Part shown: positions 33,703 to 43,775 of the stretch, one piece after another | How positions within the stretch are numbered: the first letter of the stretch is position 1 | How the letters are laid out: every line of letters begins with the position of its first letter | Assembly (NCBI GenBank): GCA_963726615.1 | Contig: CAVSCX010000021.1 | Location: 72,897 to 136,896 of the forward strand | From: an uncultured Actinomycetota bacterium | GTDB lineage: Bacteria > Actinomycetota > Actinomycetes > JACCUZ01 | Reading direction: 5' to 3' | DNA length: 64,000 bases | Translations under genes and position numbers: made by a program | Notes under the pieces: model-generated | Database searches by the model: none | Told to the model about the DNA's origin: nothing | Seen by the model: only the letters and a program-made list of their open reading frames with translations

Positions 33703-34863
33703 ATGTTCCGCCGCGCCCGTCCCGCACGCCCAACGGTCGTCCCGGTCGTCCAGCACCGCGACCCGGCGCCGATCGACGCCGTCGAGACCCCCTATGTCCT
33801 GCGGTTCCTCACTGCCTGGTCCTGGCGCCTGCTCGTCGTCGCCGCCGCGGTGTACGTGTTCCTGTCGTTGTTCTCACTGCTGTCGGTGGTCCTCGTCCCG
33901 GTCATCATCGGGCTGCTCCTGTCGGCAGCACTGTCGCCAGTGGCGGACCAGCTGGTGCGGTGGCGGCTGCCGCGAGGGGTGTCCACCGTGGTGGTGGTCC
34001 TCGGCGGCATCGCTGCTCTCGCAGCGCTGGTCACGCTGGTCGCGCAGCAGTTCACCTCCGGCTTCGCCGACCTGAGGTCGTCCTTCGACGACAGTCTCGT
34101 CAAGGTCGAGAAGTACCTGACGCAGGTCGGACTGAGCCAGGCGCAGCTGGCTGACTTCTTCGACCGGGTCCGTAGTGGCATCGGGTCCGGGGAGGGCAAC
34201 CTGGGCGGCACCGTGGTCAAGACCGCGACAACAGCCGGCCACCTGATCGCCGGCCTCTTCATCATCCTGTTCGCGACGATCTTCTTCACCTACGACGGGC
34301 GCGGCATCTGGCGGTGGCTGGTGTCGCTGTTCCCCGAGCCGGCACGCGAGCGGGTGCACGGCAGCGGCGAGCGGGCCTGGGCGGTGCTGACCGCATACGT
34401 ACGGGCCACCCTCATCATCGCCGCGACGGACGCGGTGGGCATCGCACTGGTGGCCTGGCTGCTCGGGCTCCCGCTCGTCCTGCCGCTGGCCGTCCTGGTC
34501 TTCCTGGGTGCCTTCATCCCGGTCGTCGGTGCGGCGATCAGCGGCATCGCCGCCGTGGCGGTCGCACTGGTGTCGGTCGGGCCCGTCACCGCTCTGCTGA
34601 TGCTGGCCGGCGTCATCGCCGTCCAACAGCTCGAAGGCCATGTCCTGCAGCCCTTCCTCATGGGCCGCCTGGTACGGGTACACCCGCTGGCCATCGTGGT
34701 CGTCATCGCCGTCGGCGCGGAGGTGGCCGGCATCTTCGGCGCGCTCGTGGCTGTGCCACTGACGGCAGTGATCAACACGATCTCCAGCCACCTGGCCGCA
34801 GCACGTCGGGACCGGCTCGCGGCGGAGTCGCGGGAGCTCGCCGGACCGGCGGTGTCGCCGTGA
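33703..34863 (+). CDS. AI-2E family (PerM/UPF0118) transporter
   Basis: 386 aa with 7-8 TM helices and the typical C-terminal ...IPVVGAAISGIAAVAVAL...VIAVQQLEGHVLQPFLMGR motif. Confidence 0.85.
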   Translation: MFRRARPARPTVVPVVQHRDPAPIDAVETPYVLRFLTAWSWRLLVVAAAVYVFLSLFSLLSVVLVPVIIGLLLSAALSPVADQLVRWRLPRGVSTVVVVLGGIAALAALVTLVAQQFTSGFADLRSSFDDSLVKVEKYLTQVGLSQAQLADFFDRVRSGIGSGEGNLGGTVVKTATTAGHLIAGLFIILFATIFFTYDGRGIWRWLVSLFPEPARERVHGSGERAWAVLTAYVRATLIIAATDAVGIALVAWLLGLPLVLPLAVLVFLGAFIPVVGAAISGIAAVAVALVSVGPVTALLMLAGVIAVQQLEGHVLQPFLMGRLVRVHPLAIVVVIAVGAEVAGIFGALVAVPLTAVINTISSHLAAARRDRLAAESRELAGPAVSP

Positions 34864-35780
34864 CCGTTGCGCACCGAGCCGGCTTCGTCGCGTTCGTCGG
34901 GCGCCCGAACGCCGGCAAGTCCACGCTCACCAACGCCCTCGTCGGGCAGAAGGTCGTCATCACCTCCAGCAAGCCGCAGACGACCCGGCGGGTCGTGCGC
35001 GGCATCGTGCACCGGCCGGACGCCCAGCTGGTGGTCCTCGACACCCCCGGGTTGCACCGTCCGCGGACGCTGCTCGGTGAGCGGCTCAACGACGAGGTCC
35101 GAACCGCCTGGTCCCAGGTCGACGTCGTCGGCCTCTGCCTACCGGCCGACGAGAAGGTGGGCCCCGGCGACCGGTACATCGCCGCGGAGCTGGCGGCGAT
35201 CGACGGGGCGCGAAAGGTGGTCGTGGTCACGAAGACCGACAGGGTCCCGCGGGACCGGGTGGCCGAGGCGCTGGTAGCGGCCGCCGGCCTCGGCCGGGAG
35301 GTCGGGATCGACTGGGACGAGGTCGTTCCGGTCTCCGCCACCGCGGGGGACCAGGTCGACCTGCTCGGCGACCTGCTCGCGGCCCTGCTGCCCGAGTCGC
35401 CGCCGCTGTACCTCGACGGCGAGCTCACCGACGCGCCCGAACTGGTGCTGGTGGCCGAGCTGATCCGCGAGGCCGCGCTGGAGGGGGTCCGGGACGAGCT
35501 GCCGCACTCGATCGCCGTCGTGGTCGAGGAGATGCGCCCTCGCGAGGACCGGCCCGCTGACCGGCCGCTGCTCGACGTGCATGCCTACCTCTACGTCGAA
35601 CGGCAGAGCCAGAAGGCCATCGTGATCGGCCCGAAGGGCGCCAGGCTGCGGGACATCGGCACCCGGTCCCGGGTGCAGATCGAGGCACTGCTGGGGACCG
35701 CGGTCTACCTCGACCTGCACGTCACCGTGGCCAAGGACTGGCAGCGCGACCCCCGGCAGCTGCGCAAGCTCGGCTTCTGA
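34860..35780 (+). CDS. era: GTPase Era
   Basis: GTG 34860 overlaps the AI-2E stop (GTGA). It has G1 GRPNAGKST, G3 DTPG, G4 TKTD and a C-terminal KH domain (VERQSQKAIVIGPKGARLRDIG). Confidence 0.95.
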   Translation: MTVAHRAGFVAFVGRPNAGKSTLTNALVGQKVVITSSKPQTTRRVVRGIVHRPDAQLVVLDTPGLHRPRTLLGERLNDEVRTAWSQVDVVGLCLPADEKVGPGDRYIAAELAAIDGARKVVVVTKTDRVPRDRVAEALVAAAGLGREVGIDWDEVVPVSATAGDQVDLLGDLLAALLPESPPLYLDGELTDAPELVLVAELIREAALEGVRDELPHSIAVVVEEMRPREDRPADRPLLDVHAYLYVERQSQKAIVIGPKGARLRDIGTRSRVQIEALLGTAVYLDLHVTVAKDWQRDPRQLRKLGF

Positions 35781-35896
35781 GCGGAGTCCGGCCAGGGGTG
35801 GGGCCGAGAATCCAGCCGGACGGGTTCGGCCCGCGCCTCCGTGGGCAGGAGGGCCGGAACGGGTCCAGTCAGGAGCCCGGGAGTCGGGGAGACGTC

Positions 35897-36382
35897 ATGT
35901 GCCGGGTCGCGAGCGCCGAGCTCGGACGGTCCGCCTCAGCCGTGGGCCAGGCGCGGCAGTTCGTCTCGGGTGTGCTGCGGCGGTGGGGCCTGGAGACGTT
36001 GACCGCGGATGCCGAGCTGCTCACGAGCGAGCTCGTGACCAACGCCGTCCTGCACGCCCGGACCGACGTCTGCGTGTCCGTCGCGGTCGCCGACGGAGCC
36101 GCTGAGGTCGGGGTCACGGACTCGTCGGCCGAGATCCCCAGGCCCCGCAGCGCCGACGCGGCGGCCGAGGGCGGCCGCGGACTGAGCCTGGTCGAGCGGG
36201 TCGCCGAGGAGTGGGGCGTCGCGGAGTTCGAGGGCGGCAAGCAGGTCTGGTTCCAGCTCGACGTCGGCGTCGACTGGGAGCACCGCACGTCCTGCCCGTG
36301 CGGCGGCGACGAGCTCAGCCGGGTCCGGCTCCGGTCCGGCCGGTGGGCGGTGGCGGCGCCCGGACCCTGGGACGGGAGCTGA
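35897..36382 (+). CDS. RsbW/SpoIIAB-like ATP-binding protein (HATPase_c, anti-sigma-factor-kinase fold)
   Basis: 161 aa from ATG 35897. It has an N-box (ELLTSELVTNAVLHA) and a G-box-like region (EGGRGLSLVERVAEEWGV). The C-terminal tail carries HRTSCPCGGDE. Confidence 0.7.
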   Translation: MCRVASAELGRSASAVGQARQFVSGVLRRWGLETLTADAELLTSELVTNAVLHARTDVCVSVAVADGAAEVGVTDSSAEIPRPRSADAAAEGGRGLSLVERVAEEWGVAEFEGGKQVWFQLDVGVDWEHRTSCPCGGDELSRVRLRSGRWAVAAPGPWDGS

Positions 36383-36388
36383 AGGGAC

Positions 36389-37393
36389 TCAGAGCTGCCG
36401 CTCGTACTCCGACCACTGCCGCACGACCTCGAAGCCCATTGCCAGGTTGACCCGGAGCATCGGCGCGTTGGAGTCGGCGTTCCACGTGTCGATGCTGCGG
36501 ACGGCGGGCTCGTGCCTGCGGAGCAGCTCGAGGTTGGTCAGCTTCAGCAGCAGCCCCAGCCGGTGCCCGCGGTGCTCGGGCAGGACGATCGTCTGGTGCT
36601 GGTAGGCACCGTCGTCGGCCCCGTCGTGCACCACGACCGTCGTGTAGCCGACGAGGGCGGCGGTGGCGTCGTGCACGGCCGCGGTCGTGTACGCCCGCGT
36701 CAGCCGGGCGGTCATGATGCGGTCCCGCTCCCGGATGCGCTCGACGTCGAAGACCTCCTGCTCCCAGCGGAGATCGTCCATGGGTGAGTCGGTGGTCATC
36801 CGGCTCTCCAGGGCGGCGGCTGCCGCCAGGTGCTCCTCCGGTGTGGCGCCGCACCATCGCAGCAGCGAGTAGCCCCGGGAGTGCGACAGCGCCTCGGCGA
36901 GCAACGCGGAGGTCCCGCCCTCGTCTCGCACCGTCAGGTCCAGCCGGCGTTGCGTGTCGACGAGCGCGGCCCGGAACCCCATCGTCGTGGCGAACGCTGC
37001 TCCGGCGCCCTCGGCGGCCTCGGCCAGCAGGCGGGCCCGGCCCATCGACGCTGCCCGGCGGGCCCATTCCGCCACCATCGCCCGGCCGTGACCGCAACGC
37101 CGGTGCCGGGGGTGCACCTCGAGCTCGCCGGGGGAGGTGTCGGTGTTCTCGCCGGTCGGCAGCCACTGGGCGAACCAGCCCACGACCTCGCCGTCGACCT
37201 CGGCGAGCACGAGGTGCGGCTCGCGCTGCGGCATCGGGGTTCGCAGCTGCCCGGCCCAGGCTGCGTATCCCGGCAGCGGGTCGTCCGGCCGGTCGGCGGT
37301 GTGGCAGGCGGTGACCACGTCGTACCAGCGACGCAGGCCGGCCTCGTCGTCCGGAGCGACCTCGGTGAACGTGAGCTCAGCCGTCGCCGTCAA
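36389..37393 (-). CDS. two-domain GNAT family N-acetyltransferase (paralogue A)
   Basis: It has GNAT motif A twice (HPRHRRCGHGRAM...; EHRGHRLGLLLKL...). The TTG 37393 start is chosen by alignment with paralogue B's N-terminus. GTG 37438 would give a 62-nt overlap with the upstream gene. Confidence 0.8.
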   Translation of the reverse strand: MTATAELTFTEVAPDDEAGLRRWYDVVTACHTADRPDDPLPGYAAWAGQLRTPMPQREPHLVLAEVDGEVVGWFAQWLPTGENTDTSPGELEVHPRHRRCGHGRAMVAEWARRAASMGRARLLAEAAEGAGAAFATTMGFRAALVDTQRRLDLTVRDEGGTSALLAEALSHSRGYSLLRWCGATPEEHLAAAAALESRMTTDSPMDDLRWEQEVFDVERIRERDRIMTARLTRAYTTAAVHDATAALVGYTTVVVHDGADDGAYQHQTIVLPEHRGHRLGLLLKLTNLELLRRHEPAVRSIDTWNADSNAPMLRVNLAMGFEVVRQWSEYERQL

Positions 37394-38429
37394 CGCTGGT
37401 CCCGTCGTCCGCGTGCGGCAGGTCCAGCCGCCAGGCACTCTCCTGGCGGGCGACCCGGAACCCCATGGCCTCGTTGACCGCCACCATGAAGGTGTTGGTG
37501 TCGGCGTTCCAGGTGTGCAGCCGTCGCACCTCGGGCGCCCCGTCGCACAGTTGCTGCAGATTGGCGAGCTTGACGAGCAGGCCGAGTCGGTGCCCGCGGT
37601 GGTCGCGGTGGACCAGGGTGTCCCATTGGAACGCGTTGGTGGGGTCGTACCGGGTCGTCGCGAGGTCCGTGAAGGCGACGAGGGGGCCGCCCTCGCCGTG
37701 CCGCGCTGCGGTCGCCATCATCGTGCGGCCCTGACGCGCGACGACGTCGTCGCGCTCGCGGATCCGGGCGGCGTCCCAGTTCTCCGGCTCGATGTCGAGG
37801 CCGCCCATCGGTGCGTCGGTGCTCATCCGCGCCACCAGGGCGGCGTAGTCGTCCACCAGCTCGTCGGGGCACGGCCCGGTCCAGGACACGAGCGGGTAGC
37901 CGGCGGCACGCTCCTCGGCCCCCGCCCGGAGCTGGGCCAGCCGCGCGTGGTCGAGGGTCTCGAGGTCGAGGGTGCGGCGGACCTCACCGAGCGACCGCCG
38001 GGCACCGGCCGCCTTGGCGAACGTCATCGACCGGTTCTCACCCCCGGAGGCGGGCTCGTTGATGCCGGCGATGACCTGGTGCCGCCCGAGCTCGGCGACG
38101 CGCGCCAGGGCGTGCTGGAGCAGGAGGCGTCCGAGGCCCCGGTGCCGCGCCGCGGGAAGGACCGCGAGGTCGAGCTCGACCAGGTCGAGGTTGTCCTTCG
38201 TCGGCAGGTCGAGCCAGTAGCAGCCGACAGCACTGCCGCCGTCATCCCGCAGCAGGTAGAACTCGTGGTTGGAGCTGCGCTGCGGCGCGCGGGCGCCGGC
38301 AAGGATCTCGGGAAAGGTCGGGACGGGGTTGTCCGGATCGCCGTGGAGGTAGGCGGCCCGCCACACGTCGTAGGTCGCCCGCATGATGTCCTCGTCGGCC
38401 GGGTCGACGCGCCGGATCCCACTGGTCAC
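37377..38429 (-). CDS. two-domain GNAT family N-acetyltransferase (paralogue B)
   Basis: 350 aa. It has LPAARHRGLGRLLL... and DHRGHRLGLLVKLANL...TWNADTN...VNEAMGF, and is clearly paralogous to the downstream gene. Confidence 0.82.
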   Translation of the reverse strand: MTSGIRRVDPADEDIMRATYDVWRAAYLHGDPDNPVPTFPEILAGARAPQRSSNHEFYLLRDDGGSAVGCYWLDLPTKDNLDLVELDLAVLPAARHRGLGRLLLQHALARVAELGRHQVIAGINEPASGGENRSMTFAKAAGARRSLGEVRRTLDLETLDHARLAQLRAGAEERAAGYPLVSWTGPCPDELVDDYAALVARMSTDAPMGGLDIEPENWDAARIRERDDVVARQGRTMMATAARHGEGGPLVAFTDLATTRYDPTNAFQWDTLVHRDHRGHRLGLLVKLANLQQLCDGAPEVRRLHTWNADTNTFMVAVNEAMGFRVARQESAWRLDLPHADDGTSVDGDG

Positions 38430-38528
38430 CCGTCCAGACTGGTCGTCATCGGTCGCGGTCCGCCACCCGATATCCGCGGCCGACAGTCCACGATGCGGAC
38501 GCGCGGCACGGGGATCCGCCCCACGTCC

Positions 38529-40405
<1,877 letters not shown>

Positions 40406-40434
40406 CGCCAGGCAGCACTGACCTGGGGGTCGTC

Positions 40435-41577
40435 ATGAGAGTTCTCTTCGGCTCCTGGCCGGGGCAAGGTCATCTCACCCCGATGGTCCAGCTCGTCCGG
40501 GCGGCTCAGCGCGCGGGTCACGATGTCGTCGTCTCGTCCGGCGGCGACCTCGTGGACTCGATCGCCCGGCTCGCCGTGCGAGGGCATCGTTCGGGCTGGA
40601 CGGCGGCCGAGACGTATGCCCGGATGCCTGGTCGCTCGACGATCAGTGACCTTCCTCCCGAGGAGCAGCAAGGGTTCGCGGCACGTCACCTGTTCGGGGC
40701 CGGCGCCGTGGAGCGGGCCCGGGACGTGGCGGACCTGATGAAGACGTGGCTGCCCGACCTGGTGGTCCACGACATGATGGAGCTCGGTTCGGCGACGGCT
40801 GCGGTCATCCACGGTGTGCCGCATGTCACCCATGGCTACGGCCCGGCGGTCCCCGGTACGGCGGCCTTCCTCGCGGGGATCGCGTCGGCGATAACGGACG
40901 CGGGCCTGCCTGACCCGGTCCCGGGCGTCGTCGCCGCCCCGTACCTGGAGATCTGCCCTCCGGGCCTCGCCGGTCCTGAACCTGGGCCCTGGGCGACGAT
41001 CGAGCGGATGCGACCCTCGGCGGGCGAGATGCCGGCCGAGGTGTCCTTGCCGTCCATGTCCGAGCTGCCCTACGCGGACACCGTGTACTGCACCCTCGGC
41101 ACCGTGATGAACGGGGCGCCCGACGTCTTCCGGGCCGTGATCGACGGAGCCGCCCGGGTCCCCGTCAACCTGATCGTCACGACCGGTCCCGGATTCGACC
41201 AGACTGCGCTCGGACCCGTTCCGCGCGGGGTGATGGTCGAGCCGTACCTCCCGCAGGCCGCTGTGCTGCCGCTCTGCCGAGCGGTGGTCTCCCACGCCGG
41301 CGCGGGCACGATGCTCGGCGCGTTGTGCCACGGACTGCCTCAGCTGTGCCTGCCGCAGAGCACCGACCAGCCGTTCAACACGGCGGCGCTGCTGCGTACC
41401 GGTGCCGGCCTGGCGCTGGAGCCGGGCGACGCGACCGCCGGGGCCGTTTCCCAGGCGCTGGAACGGCTCCTGCACGAACCGGAGTTCGCGCGCGCCGCAG
41501 CACGGCTGCGCCACGAGATCGACCGGATGCCCAGCGCCGACGCCGTCCTCGACCGGATCCTCCCCACGCCCGCCTGA
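40435..41577 (+). CDS. family-1 glycosyltransferase (MGT/OleD-type UDP-glycosyltransferase), copy a
   Basis: 380 aa. The N-terminus is MRVLFGSWPGQGHLTPMVQL. The C-terminal nucleotide-sugar motif is HAGAGTMLGALCHGLPQLCLPQSTDQPFN. It starts 29 nt after leuA. It is the 3' part of track ORF 38383-41577. Confidence 0.82.
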   Translation: MRVLFGSWPGQGHLTPMVQLVRAAQRAGHDVVVSSGGDLVDSIARLAVRGHRSGWTAAETYARMPGRSTISDLPPEEQQGFAARHLFGAGAVERARDVADLMKTWLPDLVVHDMMELGSATAAVIHGVPHVTHGYGPAVPGTAAFLAGIASAITDAGLPDPVPGVVAAPYLEICPPGLAGPEPGPWATIERMRPSAGEMPAEVSLPSMSELPYADTVYCTLGTVMNGAPDVFRAVIDGAARVPVNLIVTTGPGFDQTALGPVPRGVMVEPYLPQAAVLPLCRAVVSHAGAGTMLGALCHGLPQLCLPQSTDQPFNTAALLRTGAGLALEPGDATAGAVSQALERLLHEPEFARAAARLRHEIDRMPSADAVLDRILPTPA

Positions 41578-41620
41578 CCGTCACCCCGGACTCGAACATC
41601 GTCACCGCCCCCTCAAGGTG

Positions 41621-42430
41621 TCATCGCGCCTCTGCCGCCCAGCCGGTACCGAGGAACCGGAAGCCGATGCGGGCGTAGATCCGCGCGACATCGGGCGATG
41701 ACGCGGTGAGGAAGACGGTGGTGAGGCCCAGCTCTCGGGCGTCGTCCACGAGCGCCGCCGTGACCGCGGCGCCGAGACCCTGCCGTCGTGCGGATGGCAG
41801 CGTCGCGACGCCCATCACCTCGGTCACGCCGGCGAGCGGCAGGGTGCGGCCGGTGGCCAGCTGGCCGAGGTCCGCGTGCTCGGCGACCGCGATCCGCACG
41901 GCGCCCTCGGCGAGCAGGTCGAGCACCCGCTGCTGTGCGGGCTGCAGGGCGGCGTCTCGCTCCGCGGGCCCGGCGTGGCCTCTCGCGGTGCCCCCGAGGG
42001 CGAAGCCCACGCCGCTGACGGCGCGGGAGGCAGCGACCGCATCGACGTCGCAGGGGCCGAGGACGCGGACGGTCACGCCGTCGGGCAGCGAGGGAGTCGT
42101 GACCGTCAGGTCGCCGTCCAGGGCGAGCAACGGCAGCTCCTCGAGCTCGAAGAGCTCGGTGGCCCGGACGGCCGCCAGCAGCCCCGGCGTCGTCTCGTGC
42201 ACCCACTCGAGGTTCGGCGGCAGACCGAGCTCGGCGAGGCGGGCCACCGCGGCCGCGACGTCGTCCGGGGTGAACGGGCCGTTGCCGCCGAGCCGCGGGC
42301 GGGCGTAGTAGGTCCAGCCGCCCGGCTCGCCGAGGAACAGCGTGAACTGCCCGCACTCCTCGACGCGCGCGAGCCGCCGCGGCACGCTGTCGTAGTAGGC
42401 CTCGAGGCGGCCCAGCAGGTCGTCGGTCAT
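41621..42430 (-). CDS. GNAT family N-acetyltransferase
   Basis: 269 aa. It has C-terminal GNAT motif A (GVATLPSARRQGLGAAVTAALV...) and ...ARIYARIGF. It lies 19 nt downstream of the amidohydrolase gene. Confidence 0.8.
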   Translation of the reverse strand: MTDDLLGRLEAYYDSVPRRLARVEECGQFTLFLGEPGGWTYYARPRLGGNGPFTPDDVAAAVARLAELGLPPNLEWVHETTPGLLAAVRATELFELEELPLLALDGDLTVTTPSLPDGVTVRVLGPCDVDAVAASRAVSGVGFALGGTARGHAGPAERDAALQPAQQRVLDLLAEGAVRIAVAEHADLGQLATGRTLPLAGVTEVMGVATLPSARRQGLGAAVTAALVDDARELGLTTVFLTASSPDVARIYARIGFRFLGTGWAAEAR

Positions 42431-42449
42431 CGCCGCATCCTGGCAGCCG

Positions 42450-43685
42450 TCAGCGCAGCAGCTCGCGGGTGACCGTCGTCCTGGCGACCGGGCGACCGCG
42501 GAACCAGACCTGCCGGGGCGGCTCCTGCAGCCGCAGCACCTCCGGCCAGCTCCGCGCCGCGTAGAGCTGCAGGTCGGCGCGGCCCCCCGGGGCGACGCCG
42601 TACTCCGGACCGAGCCGCCACGCCGCTGCCGGGACGGACGTGACGGCAGCGAGCGCGGCGTGCTGCTCCTCGACAGTCGCCAGGTGCGCGGCGTGCGCCG
42701 AGATCAGCGCCACCTCCAGCAGGTCACCCCGGCCGAAGGGGTAGAAGCCGTCCTTGACGCAGTCCTGCCCGAACGCCACCGGGACACCGGCGGCCATCAG
42801 CTCGCGGACCCGGGTGGTGCCTCGCCGCACCAGACCGCGGTCGCCGCGACCCTGGATCACCAGGTTGGTCACCGGGTTGGACACCACGGTGATGCCCGCC
42901 CGCGCGCACCCCGCGATGACGGCGTCGGCGTAGGCGTCGTCCGCCGCTGCGAGGGCGCAGACGTGGCCCACGGTCACCCGACCTTGCCAGGCGCGGCGCT
43001 CGGTCTCCTCGACGACCATCGACAAGGTGCGGACCGAGCCGTCGTCGGTCTCGTCGACATGCATGTCGACGTCCGCGTCGTGCCGCTGCGCCAGGTCGAA
43101 GCAGAACCGCACGTGCTCGTGCTGGTCTTCGTCGCCATCCTCCCAGTGCGGCATGCCACCGACCACCGTCGCACCAGCGGTCATCGCGGCAGCCATCAGG
43201 TCTGCGGCGCCCGGGTCGCGCAGGATCCCTTCCTGCGGGAAGGCGATCAGCGCCACCTCGGCGATGTCCGCGCAGTCCCGCGCCGCGGCGAGCACGCCCT
43301 CCAGGGGCACCAACCCGCCGATCGTGTCGACGTCGACGTGACTGCGGATCCGGGTGGTGCCGGTGAGCACGGACGACTCGATCACGGCGCGCGCCCGACG
43401 CCGGACGTCGTCGACGTCATAGTCCCGCTTCGCGGCATGGATGGCCTCGATCGCACCACGGAGCGTGCCGTCGTGCTCGGCCAGCTGGTCCCGGATGTGC
43501 ACCTTGTCCAGGTGCACGTGGGTGTCGACGTATGCCGGGAGCAGCAGCCCGCCGTCGGCGTCCAGCGTCTCGTCGACCTCCGCGCCGGCGAACGGACCGA
43601 CGTCGACCACCCGCTCCGCATCCAGGACGACGTCGACGACGGCGCCGTCGGCGAGCGTGGCACCTACGATCGCGGAAACCGTCAT
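42450..43685 (-). CDS. cytosine deaminase-family amidohydrolase (CodA/AtzC-like)
   Basis: 411 aa. It has an HxH metal motif (LLPAYVDTHVHLDK), VVGGMPHWE, DMHVDETDD and a late FGQDCVKD motif. The motif order parallels E. coli CodA (from memory). Confidence 0.78.
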   Translation of the reverse strand: MTVSAIVGATLADGAVVDVVLDAERVVDVGPFAGAEVDETLDADGGLLLPAYVDTHVHLDKVHIRDQLAEHDGTLRGAIEAIHAAKRDYDVDDVRRRARAVIESSVLTGTTRIRSHVDVDTIGGLVPLEGVLAAARDCADIAEVALIAFPQEGILRDPGAADLMAAAMTAGATVVGGMPHWEDGDEDQHEHVRFCFDLAQRHDADVDMHVDETDDGSVRTLSMVVEETERRAWQGRVTVGHVCALAAADDAYADAVIAGCARAGITVVSNPVTNLVIQGRGDRGLVRRGTTRVRELMAAGVPVAFGQDCVKDGFYPFGRGDLLEVALISAHAAHLATVEEQHAALAAVTSVPAAAWRLGPEYGVAPGGRADLQLYAARSWPEVLRLQEPPRQVWFRGRPVARTTVTRELLR

Positions 43686-43775
43686 GGTCCGACGATGCCA
43701 GAGGATTGCGGTGGCCGAAGGGGCCCGGGATCCCTATCGTCGGGGGCGGCCGGAGCCGGCCGTGAGGGGGTCGCC

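Noticed and set aside
36389-38429. Calling the double-GNAT genes mshD (mycothiol synthase) or eis
   Set aside because: The architecture is compatible, but I cannot verify orthology from sequence memory. They are left as generic GNAT paralogues.
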